A stretch of 64,000 nucleotides of DNA from Anaeramoeba ignava BMAN (taxonomy: Eukaryota > Protista > Anaeramoebae), in NCBI GenBank assembly GCA_028826165.1, contig JAPDFW010000044.1, positions 248,001 to 312,000 on the forward strand, read 5' to 3'. The notes below the pieces were generated by a model. It was not told the DNA's origin, searched no databases, and worked only from the letters and a program-made list of their open reading frames with translations. The stretch's first letter is position 1; each line of letters starts with the position of its first letter. The translations under genes were made by a program, and so were the position numbers. Below are positions 51,201 through 62,131 of this stretch, piece by piece.

Positions 51201-54004
51201 TTTTCCAAAAAAAAAATATTAAATTTGAATTTTAATTTTAATTTTAATTTTTAAATTTAATTTTTTTAGATGAAATTAAAGCAGCAAATCTTAATAAATT
51301 AGTTGAAAAATTAACTTCTCAACCAAATTATGGAGTTACTATTGATACATTTTTAATGACTTATCAATCATTTACATCACCAAAAAAATTATTAGCAAAA
51401 TTAATTCAACGGTAGAAAAAATCAAAATTAAATTTAAAATTAAAATTCATTTTGAAAATTAAAATTAAAATTCATTTTGAAAATTAAAATTAAAATTAAA
51501 ATTAAAATTAAAATTAAAATTCATTTTGAAAATTAAAATTCATTTTGAAAATTAAAATTAAAATTAAAATTCATTTTGAAAAATAAAATTAAATTTAAAT
51601 TTAAAAGATATCATGTTCCAAAATCCCCAAATGAAAATGAAGATGAATATTTAAAAAGAAAAAAAGTTATTCAAATCAAAGTTATTAATGTTTGTACAAA
51701 ATGGATAGAAAAACATTTTTCAGATTTTTCAAATCGACTTATTAGAGAATTATATGAATTTATTGATGAAACTTTATCTCAAGATGATAAGAATATAGCT
51801 AAAAAATTAAGGGATACAGTTGTAAAAAGACAAAAAGGAATTGATAAAAAAACTATTATTCATGAATCAGAAAACATTCCAGAACCAAAAGTTCCAAAAA
51901 ATATTTTTAGTACTTCTTTATCTCTTTTGGATGTTGAGGAAGAAGAAGTTGCAAGACAACTTACATTAATTGAATTTGATTTATTTTCTCAAATCAAAGT
52001 AAATCAATTTATAAATAATTTTATATTTAATTTTATATTTAATTTTATTTCAAATCTTATTTCAAATCTATTTCAAATTTTATAAATAATTTTATAAATA
52101 ATTTTATAATTAATTTTATAAATAATTTTATAAATAATTTTATAAATAATTTTATAAATAATTTTATAAATAATTTTATATATAATTTTATAAATAATTT
52201 TATTTCAAATCTATTTCAAATTTTATAATTAATTTTATATTTAATTTTATAAATAATTTTATAAATCAATTTTATAAATCAATTTTATAAATAATTTTAT
52301 AAATCAATTTTATTAATAATTTTATTAATAATTTTATAAATAATTTTAAATAATTTTATATTTAATTTTATAAATCAATTTTATTAATAATTTTATTAAT
52401 AATTTTATAAATAATTTTAAATAATTTTATATTTAATTTTATATTTAATTTTATAAATAATTTTATAAATAATTTTATAAATAATTTTAATAAATAATTT
52501 TATAAAATAATTTTATAAATAATTTTATAAATAATTTTATAAATAATTTTATAAATAATTTTATAAATAATTTTATAAATAATTTTATAAATAATTTTAT
52601 AAATAATTTTATATATAATTTTATATTTAATTTTATTAATAATTTTATAAATAATTTTATAAATAATTTTATTAATAATTTTATAAATAATTTTATAAAT
52701 AATTTTATTTCAAATCTATTTCAAATTTTATAAATAATTTTATAAATAATTTTATTTCAAATCTATTTCAAATCTTATTTCAAATCTATTTCAAATTTTA
52801 TAAATAATTTTATAAATAATTTTATAAATAATTTTATAAATAATTTTATAAATCAATTTTATAAATAATTTTATAAATAATTTTATAAATAATTTTATAA
52901 ATCAATTTTATAATTTTATAAATAATTTTATAAATAATTTTATAAATAATTTTATAAATAATTTTATATATAATTTTATAAATAATTTTATTAATCAATT
53001 TTATTAATAATTTTATAAATAATTTTATAAATAATTTATTAATAATTTTATAATTAATTTTATAAATAATTTTATAAATAATTTTATATTTAATTTTATA
53101 AATAATTTTATAAATCAATTTTATTAATAATTTTATAAATAATTTTATAAATCAATTTTATATTTAATTTTATATATAATTTTATAAATAATTTTATTAA
53201 TAATTTTATTTCAAATCTATTTCAAATTTTATAATTAATTTTATAATTAATTTTATAAATAATTTTATAATTAATTTTATTTCAAATCTATTTCAAATCT
53301 TATTTCAAATTTCATTTCAAATTTTATAAATAATTTTATATAAATAGCCATCAGAATTACTAAATCAATCATGGAGTAAACCAAAATTCAAACATCGAGC
53401 TAAAAACTTATTAGCAATGATTGAAAGATTTAATGATGTATCAGGATGGGTTGCAACAACAATAATTAATTGTGAAAAAATAAAACATCGAACCAGAGTT
53501 TTCACAAGATTTTTCAAAATTTTAGAATACTGCAGACAGTTGAACAATTTCAACGCAGTTATGGCATTACTCGCTGGATTCAATTCATCAGCCATTTACA
53601 GATTAAAATTCACTTGGGCAGAAATTCCAAAAAGACAAATTGAAGTTTTTGAACAACTTGAAAAGGAAATGTCAAGTGATTCATCTTATAAAGGTTACAG
53701 AGATGCATTGAAAGGAGTAAATCCACCTTGTATTCCTTATCTTGGAGTCCATTTGACAGATCTAACTTTTATTGAGGATGGAAATCCAGATTTTATTGGT
53801 GATTTGATTAATTTTTCAAAAAGAATTCAAATTAGTAAAGTTATCAGAAATATTCAACAATATCAACAAAAAGGTTATGAATTACAACCTGTTCAACAGA
53901 TTCAAAGTTTACTCACAAAGTTTAAAAATCTTAGTGAATCTGAGATTTATCCAAAATCTTTAACAATTGAACCAAGAGATGCAAGTATCGAAAATATTCA
54001 ATAA
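48204..54004 (+). CDS. RasGEF (charged coiled coil + LisH + REM + CDC25), multi-exon
   Basis: LisH ILQLIMQHLVCLGSNKTKETLEKETG; REM IKAANLNKLVEKLT..FLMTYQSF; CDC25 EVARQLTLIE, LNNFN and PPCIPYLGVHLTDLTFIEDGNPD..INFSKR. Confidence 0.92.
52005..53345 (+). repeat. RasGEF intron filled with a 12-mer (AAATAATTTTAT)n
   Basis: About 1.35 kb of simple repeat between the GT at ~51999 and the AG at ~53347. Confidence 0.9.
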
Positions 54005-54097
54005 TGAATGAAACCTTTTTTTTTTTCTTCTTTTTTCTAATTTGTTTCTTTCATTTTAATTCAATTCAAAATTCAAAAATTAAAATGAAAAATTTTT

Positions 54098-54190
54098 AAT
54101 TTTCATTTTTTCATTTTTTCATTTTTTCATTTTTTCATTTTTTCATTTTTTCATTTTTCATTTTTTTTTCATTTTTTCATTTTTTCCAAA
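54098..54190 (+). promoter_or_regulatory. Tandem TTTTTCA(T) array upstream of the ATG, putative initiator-type core promoter (example of a window-wide motif)
   Basis: The same sense-oriented motif precedes most start codons (e.g. 3115-3140, 10072-10130, 14350-14382, 26112-26143, 48150-48196; reverse strand 31085-31110 and 45965-46025). Confidence 0.55.
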
Positions 54191-54193
54191 ATA

Positions 54194-57100
54194 ATGGATT
54201 TTGATTTGACCAAATTTCTCTCCTTAATGAATGGACAAAACTCATGTAAGAGAAAAAGAAATCAAACAAAATTCACAAAACATTCTTTGGAAGAATTTTG
54301 AAGACTAATCTTTTTTTTTTTTGCAAATTCTGGATAGTTATTGTGCAAAGGAATCAATTATTAGCTCGTTTGAAAAATTTTTCCTCTGAAGAAAAGATTC
54401 AAGAAGAAACCCTCATTGAATTAAAAACCATTATCGATAGAAATTTGGGTAATTCTACCACTTTTTTGAATATCATTTCTTTTTTTCTAATTCTTTTCAT
54501 TTCTCAACAGAAACTCTTATGATTCAACCTTTTAAGTTTGAAGAAATTGAATTAATGATCTCTCCCAAAAATTTATTTCCACAGAATCAAAAAATACAAG
54601 AAGTGATTCTTGGAATTGTTGTTTTGTTATCTTGTCTTCCATGTAATTCCAAATTGAAAATTGCTTTCCTTTCTATTTTCCTTTTTTCTAGATTTGTTAA
54701 ATTTTAATTCTTGATTTTTGAAACAAATTCTTTTGAATCAAAATCAATTTAGTTTATCAAACTGAAATGAGAAGGTGTGGGATATTGGAAATGATCATTA
54801 AATCGATGAGAGATTTCGAGAATCATCAAATAATTCAACAGAATGGATGCTTAAGCTTAGCAAATTTTTCCAATTCTCTTGACGGTAACATTTAGAAATC
54901 TGAAAAACCCAAATTCCCTCAATTAGAAAAAAAATCAAATTAGAAAATAGAAATGAAATTGTACAATTAAAAGGAGTTGAACTTATCATAAAAGCAATGA
55001 ATAATTTTCCAAATGATCAATTGATGCAATCTCATGGATGTTTGGCTCTAGGAAATCTTTCAAATACCGAAAGTAAATGAGAAGAAAAAAAATATTATTA
55101 TATTGTTCAATTTTCTCAATTAAAAAAAAATCAAATTAGAAAATAGAAATGAAATTGCAAATTTAAAAGGAGTTGAACTTATCATAAAAGCAATGAATAA
55201 TTTTCCAAAATTTAAATTGATCCAGCTAATGGGATGTCGAGCTTTGGGATACTTAGCTCTAAACGAAAGTAAATGAGAAGAAAAAAAATATTATTATATT
55301 GTTCAATTTTCTCAATTACAAAAAAAATCAAATTAGAAAATGGAAATGAAATTGCAAATTTAAAAGGAATTGAAACTATTATTTTTGCACTGAAAACTTT
55401 CCCAAATGATGAAGAGGTGCTGGCTGCTGGTTTTCTGTCGTTTATTCATCTTTCTTTCAATGATGATGGTATATGTTTTGAAAAAAACACATTAATCGCA
55501 AAAGATTTATTTTTGAAAAAAAAATAGATCATCGAGATGAAATTCGGAAATTAAATGGAATTGAAATTATTATCAAATCGTTGAATAATTTTCCAATTAA
55601 TCAAGGTATGCAAAGAAAAGGATGCCTAGCTTTAGCGAATATTGCACTTAATAAAGGTTTTTTTTTGGAATATATCAAAAAGCTATTTCATTAAATTTTG
55701 TTTCATTAAATTCCCTCAATTACAAAACAAATCAAATTAGAAAACAGAATTGAAATTGGAAATTTAAAAGGAATTGAACCTATCATAAAAGCAATGAATA
55801 ATTTTCCAAATGATCAAGATATTCAGGAATCAAGCTGTTTAGCATTAGGGAATCTTTGTGCTATTGATGGTATTTATTGAAACGAAGCAAGAAAAAACAA
55901 TTTAATTTTTTTTCTGAATAACAAATCCAAAAAAAAAAGAGAATCGAAAAAAAATAGTCGAATTACAAGGAATTGAACTTATCCTTAAATCATTGAACAA
56001 TTTCCCAAATAATTTACGAATTCAAAAAAGGGGTTTTGGATCTTTATCAAATATTGCTCATCATGAAGGTAATACCATTCAATCAATGCAAAGAAAAATC
56101 ACACAATTTTGCTTAACAATTTTCATTTCTGAAAAAAAAGAATATCGAAAGCAAATTGTCAAATTTGGTGGAATAGAAATTATTATCAAAATATTGAGTC
56201 ATTTTCCAGATGAAAAATCAATTTACAGAACCGGATTGACCGCTTTAACAAATATTTTGTTCGACGAAGGTTTTTTTTTGAAGGAGAAGAAAGAACAATG
56301 TTTATTAATTTTTTCTCTTGTTTTTTCAAATTTGTTCTGAATCAAAATTAGAAAATATAATTGAAATGCTCAAATTCAACCCAATCAAAATTATTATTAC
56401 AGCAATGCAGCGTTTCTCTCATAACAAAAGTATTCAAATCGCTAGCATTTCTTGTTTGGCAGCACTGAGCTACAAACGAGAGGGTATCCTATTATTCAAA
56501 AAAATCGATTGTTTATTTTTCCTTTTTAATTTCATTGAAAATATTCGAAACTAGAAATAGAAAAAGAAATTCAGCAATTAAACGGAGTTGAATCTATTAT
56601 TAATGCAATGAAAACTTTTTCTCAAGATATTGACATTCAAGATTTTGGATCTTATTTTTTAGGAAATTTTTCCTCAACCCAAGGTAACAAATGGTTGAAA
56701 AAAACACATTTAATCGCAAAAGATTTATTTTTGAAAAAAAAATAGATCATCGAGATGAAATTCGGAAATTAAATGGAATTGAAATTATTATCAAATCGTT
56801 GAATAATTTTCCAATTAATCAAGATATGCAAAGAAAAGGATGCCTAGCTTTAGCGAATATTGCACTTGATGAAGGTTTTTTTTTGGAATATATCAAAAAG
56901 CTATTTCATTAAATTTTGTTTCATTAAATTCCCTCAATTACAAAACAAATCAAATTAGAAAATAGAAATGAAATTGCAAATTTAAAAGGAATTGAACTTA
57001 TCATAAAAGCAATGAATAATTTTCCAAAAGATCAGCATATCCAACAGTCTGGATGTGGAGCTTTATTTCATCTTTCTTCTTCCTTAAATGAAGGTATTTT

Positions 57101-59506
57101 TGTTTCAAAGAAAAAGAAAAAAGAGGAAAAAATTTTTAATATTCATTTTTTAAAAAAAAAAAGCAAATAAAATTGAAATTCGAACACAAAAAGGGATTGA
57201 AACAATGATAAAAGCAATGGATAATTACCCAAATGTAATTCAAATTGAAAGAGTTGGAATGTTAGCAATACTTAATATCAGTCTGCAAGATGGTAATTAA
57301 ATCAAAATCAAAATCAATATCAAAATCAAAATCAAAATCAAAATCTAAATCTAAATCTAATTTTGATTTGAATAATTTAAAAATAGAAAATCAAATTGAA
57401 TTGATTAAAAATAAAGGATTTGAAGCACTTGAACAACTTAAACAATATGGTTCAAAATTTTTAAATCTTCCAAAATTTTCAGAAAAACTTGATGTTTGTG
57501 TTCAAAGAATTAAAAATTTGAAAAAAGGTATTTACAAAATTTTAACAATAAATCTCTTTTTTTTTAAATCAAATTTTAATGATTTTCTATTTTTGAAAAT
57601 AATAGAGAAACTAAAACAAAAACCAAATGATATTTGGGGATTTAATATCAAAATGTTTCCTTCAAATATTTTTAATGCTTTTCAAAAAATTGAAATGGAA
57701 CCAATTGAATTAAAACTTCAAGATGAATTCGAAAATGAAAATGAAAACGAAAATGAAAATGAAAATGAAAATGAAAATGAAAATGAAAATGAAAATGAAA
57801 TTCAAATCAAACAAATATGTTCCTCAAATCGTTTAAAAAATTTCCTTTTTCAAAATGGAGAATTATTTGATCAATTAAATCCAAAATTTTTAGATCATAA
57901 AAATCAACAAGAAAATGAAAAACCCAAAAAAATTGAAATGAATATCGGAAATAAAGATAGAAATGAAGATATAAATGAAATCAAAAAAGTAACTGCTGGA
58001 GGATATATTGAATCAATTTTAACTTTCAAAGGAGAAGCATTTGCTAAAGGAAAAGAAATTAATTCAGAAAATCCAAATCAATTTATCAATATTTCATCAT
58101 TAATTGAAGATACAAATGATAGAATAATTGAAGATATTGTTTGTGGAAAAGATTCAATTTACTTATTAACTTCAAATCATAATGCTTATGGAATTGGTTC
58201 AAATGAATTTGGTCAACTTGGATTTGATTATTTCAAATTGAAAAGAACAGAAAAACCAATTTTAATGATGAAAAATGTTTCTAAAATATTTTCAGGAAGT
58301 TCTTCAGAAGGAGTTTTTCTTTTAAATTCAAATCAAGAATTATTTGGATGTGGTGCTAATAATTTCGGACAACTTGGATTAGGAGTAAGAGAAGTTACAA
58401 ATATTACAAAACCATTAAAAGTTCAAAATATTCCAAATGGGAATATAATTGATATTCAAATTGGAATATTTCATTCAATAATGTTGATTGAAGATGAAGA
58501 TAAAAATCGAAAAATATATTCATGTGGAGATTATATGTGTAATGGTCTTGGACAAAAAACACGCAAACCTACAAGAAAATTTACTGAATTGAAATATCCA
58601 TTATTTGAAAATGATAAAATTAAACAAATTTCTGTTGGAAGATATCATACATTAATTTTAACAAAAAATGGGAAACTTATAGGATTTGGAAAAAGTGAAA
58701 AAAATGAAATTAAAAAACCAACAAATCAATTTCAATTTACATTATTTTATATTGAAATTCCAGAAATACTTTATGATATTTCTAATTATCATATTTATTG
58801 TGGAAATGAAAGTTCGTTTCTTTATTCAAATTTTTATTCAACTCTTGAAGAAGATTTGATAAAACTATTTCGAAGAAAAGAATTTTGTGATATTTCATTT
58901 AAAACAGAAAATGGAGAAATAATTGAAGCTCATAAACTAATTATTTATTTCCGAATTGGAAACAGATTTGAAGAATTCGAAAAAATAATTTCACAAAAAT
59001 CAAATGAAGAAGCTCATCAAATATTTGAATTAATATATGGAAATAATAATATTGAATCATATAAACTGAAAGAAGAAATTCAAGATAAATTCAATCTATA
59101 TGAATCAATAGAAGTAGAAATGGAAGATATGTATCATGATGAAAGAAGCAAAGATTTTACTATTGAAAGAAATGGAAAAGAAATTAAATTCCATAAATTA
59201 ATATTAATAGCCAGAAGTGAATTATTTCGAGAAATGTTCTCAACTATAACAAATGATAATTCTAATAAAGTTATCGATTATAGTGGATTAAGTGATAAAG
59301 TATTTGAAATTATGAACTATTGGATTTACACAAACCAAATCAATGAAGGAGTTGTTATTCAAAAAGAAACAATTAACGAAATTGATAAAGCTATTGATTA
59401 TTTCCGATTAAATCCATCTCATCCAAATTTATTTGATTTATCAAATGAATTATGTGATGAATTATTTGGATCCAATTTCCAAATCAAAAAAATGAATTTA
59501 ATTTAA
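54194..59506 (+). CDS. Armadillo-repeat + RCC1 + tandem BTB fusion protein (~18 exons)
   Basis: ATG at 54194. Fourteen consecutive 129-135-nt phase-1 exons (54511-57292) each encode one ARM-like repeat (ENRNEI..KGVELIIKAMNNFP..Q..GC.ALGNL). Exons 57387-57527 and 57606-59506 follow, the last encoding RCC1-BTB. Confidence 0.82.
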
Positions 59507-59626
59507 TTCAATTCATTTCAACTTTTTTTTTAATTCAATTCAAAATTCAAAAATTAAAATGAAAAATTTTTAATTTTCATTTTTTCATTTATTCATTCTT
59601 CTTTTCAATATAAAAAAAATTAAAAA

Positions 59627-62074
59627 ATGAAAAATGAAAAAAATAATAGAGAATTAGCTTTATTTTGTCAAAATCAAGATGAAAATGCTTTTGAATTAAT
59701 TAAAACTTCAATTTCAAAAGGAGCAAATGTCAATTCCAAACAAAAATATCAAAAAAAAACACCTTTGCATTATGTTTGTCAAAGTCAAAATCCAAAATCA
59801 ATTGAAATTGTTGAGTTTCTGGTTTCAAAAGGAGCAAACATCAATGCCAAAGATTTCTTACAAGAAACTCCTTTATTCACAGCTTCTAAAAATTACACAA
59901 TGCAATCAATGCAAATTTTAGAGTTTCTCGTTTCAAAAGGAGCAGATGTCAATGCCAAAAATAAATATCACGAAACACCTTTGCATTTTGCTTGTCGAAG
60001 TTCAGCACAAGGATCAACTGAAATTATTCAATTTCTTGTTTCAAAAGGAGCAGATGTCAATGCCAAAACAAAAAATAAAGAAACACCTTTGCATTTCGTT
60101 TGCCAAAGTCAGAACGATAAAACGTTTTCAATTTTGGAATTTCTTATTTCAAAAGGAGCAGATGTCAATGCCAAAACAAAAAACAATGAATGGGCTCCTT
60201 TGCATTTTGTTTGCCAAAATAACAATGATTACTTATTTGAATTAATCAAATTTTTCGTTTCCAAAAAAGCAGATGTCAATGTCAAAAACGATAAACACGA
60301 AACACCTTTACATTTAGTTTGTCAAATTCAAAACAAAAATTCATTTGAAATCATTCAGTTTCTTGTTGAAAATGGAGCTGATGTTAATTCAACAACGATT
60401 TATAACGAAACCATTTTGCATTTAATTTGCCAATATCAAAATGAGAATTTATTTGAAATCATTCAATTTCTTGTTTCAAAAGGAGCTGATGTGAATATCA
60501 AAACAAAAAACACTGAAAAAACAGCTTTGCATTATATTTGCCAGCAAAAACAAGAAAATATATTTGAAATCATCCAATTTCTTGTTTCAAAAGGGGCAGA
60601 TGTTAATTCCAAAACAAATGACCAAGAAACACCTTTGCATTTAATTTGCCAAAACCCAAACGAAAAAGCATATGAAATTATCAAATATCTTGTTCCAAAA
60701 ACCACAGAAATCAACTCAAAAACAAAATTCCAAAGAGAAACACCTTTACATTTAGTTTGCCAATACCAAAAAAACAATTTATTTGAGATCATCAACTTTC
60801 TTGTTGAAAATGGAGCTGATGTTTTAGCAAAAACAAAAGATAAACAAGCAACTCCTTTGCATTTTATTTGCCAAAATAGCAACGATAATTTATTTGAAAT
60901 TGTCAAGTTTTTCATTTCAAAAGGAACAGATTTTCTTGGGAAAACCAAAGAGAAAAAGGAATCTCTTCTCCACCTAATTTTCCAATATCAAAGAAACCAA
61001 AATACACTCGAACTTGTGAAATTTCTTGTTGAAAAAGGCATTTCTGTGAATGATAAATCCACTTATGGATATTCACCTTTGCATTTTGCTTGTTATAACC
61101 CAAATTCAATACAATTATTCAAATTTCTTATTGCAAATGGTGCCGATATTCATGCAAATGCAAAAAATAACAACACTCCTTTTTCAATTGCAATCCAAAA
61201 TAAAAATTATAATGCGATGGTTGTTTTATTAATGAATGATTCGAATATTCTTCAATTACTCGATCAGCAAACAGAGATTCCAAATCAACTTGCTAAATTA
61301 ATTTCTCAAATTTACTCCATTAATCAAGATCTGCATTCCCTTTTGCATTCAGAAGATAACTTTTCAGATTGGCAAATTAAATCAATGGATTCTTCATCTT
61401 TCAATGTTCATAAATTTATTCTTTTATTGAGATTTGATAATGATCATTCACTTTTAGACAATTTTTCCCAAATTTGCAAACAAAAAACAAAAGAAGAAGT
61501 TCAACTTGCACTAAATTTTATTTATTCTGGATTTGCCGATTTTGGGAAATTTCAAGAATTTTTTTCCATTTCGGATGATTCCAAAAACCTACATGGAATC
61601 GGAAAAGAGATCCAAAAACAAAAAGAAAATGAAACAAAAATCAAAGAATTTTTTCAAGAAATGGGATTTGATTCCCAATGGATAGAATCCAAAAAAGGAA
61701 GAAGAGGAATTTTAAAAGATCTTGAAAAATTATATCATGAAAATGAAACAAAAGATTTTACAATAATTGTATCAGAAGAAAAAGAAATCAAAGTTCATAA
61801 ATTAATATTAATAATAAGGAGTGATTTATTTAAAGGAATGTTTTTGAATGTTCAAGACTCGTCAAATCAAGTTCATGATTATTCAGGTAAATCATTTGAA
61901 ACGATTAATCAATTCATTTATTTTCTTTATCATGATGATTTTGATGAAGAAAACAAGATGAATGAAAAAATGATTGAAGAATTTGAAGATGTTAAAGATT
62001 ATTATCAATTAAATGAAAGTTCAATAATTGATTTATTTTTGGATGATTTAAAATCAACAAAAAAAATATTTTGA
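59627..62074 (+). CDS. Ankyrin-repeat + tandem BTB protein, intronless
   Basis: About 14 ANK repeats (TPLH..C..IIQFLVSKGADVN), then SDWQIK..VHKFILLLR and KDFTII..VHKLILIIRSDLFKGMF. Confidence 0.92.
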   Translation: MKNEKNNRELALFCQNQDENAFELIKTSISKGANVNSKQKYQKKTPLHYVCQSQNPKSIEIVEFLVSKGANINAKDFLQETPLFTASKNYTMQSMQILEFLVSKGADVNAKNKYHETPLHFACRSSAQGSTEIIQFLVSKGADVNAKTKNKETPLHFVCQSQNDKTFSILEFLISKGADVNAKTKNNEWAPLHFVCQNNNDYLFELIKFFVSKKADVNVKNDKHETPLHLVCQIQNKNSFEIIQFLVENGADVNSTTIYNETILHLICQYQNENLFEIIQFLVSKGADVNIKTKNTEKTALHYICQQKQENIFEIIQFLVSKGADVNSKTNDQETPLHLICQNPNEKAYEIIKYLVPKTTEINSKTKFQRETPLHLVCQYQKNNLFEIINFLVENGADVLAKTKDKQATPLHFICQNSNDNLFEIVKFFISKGTDFLGKTKEKKESLLHLIFQYQRNQNTLELVKFLVEKGISVNDKSTYGYSPLHFACYNPNSIQLFKFLIANGADIHANAKNNNTPFSIAIQNKNYNAMVVLLMNDSNILQLLDQQTEIPNQLAKLISQIYSINQDLHSLLHSEDNFSDWQIKSMDSSSFNVHKFILLLRFDNDHSLLDNFSQICKQKTKEEVQLALNFIYSGFADFGKFQEFFSISDDSKNLHGIGKEIQKQKENETKIKEFFQEMGFDSQWIESKKGRRGILKDLEKLYHENETKDFTIIVSEEKEIKVHKLILIIRSDLFKGMFLNVQDSSNQVHDYSGKSFETINQFIYFLYHDDFDEENKMNEKMIEEFEDVKDYYQLNESSIIDLFLDDLKSTKKIF

Positions 62075-62131
62075 TTTTAATTTTTAATTTTAATTTTAAT
62101 TTTAATTTTAATTTTAATTTTAATTTTAATT

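Noticed and set aside
6811-53118. Many ORF-track entries of poly-IL, FN, KI, FD or IINL type (e.g. 6811-7086, 19815-20048, 21253-21543, 44000-44377, 47830-48165, 48798-49801, 50213-50840, 52846-53118)
   Set aside because: They are stop-free readings of intronic or antisense microsatellites, not genes.
57290-57605. N-terminus of the 738-aa ORF (MVIKSKSKS...) as a real protein start
   Set aside because: It reads through introns 57293-57386 and 57528-57605 of the upstream ARM gene; the KS run is intronic repeat.
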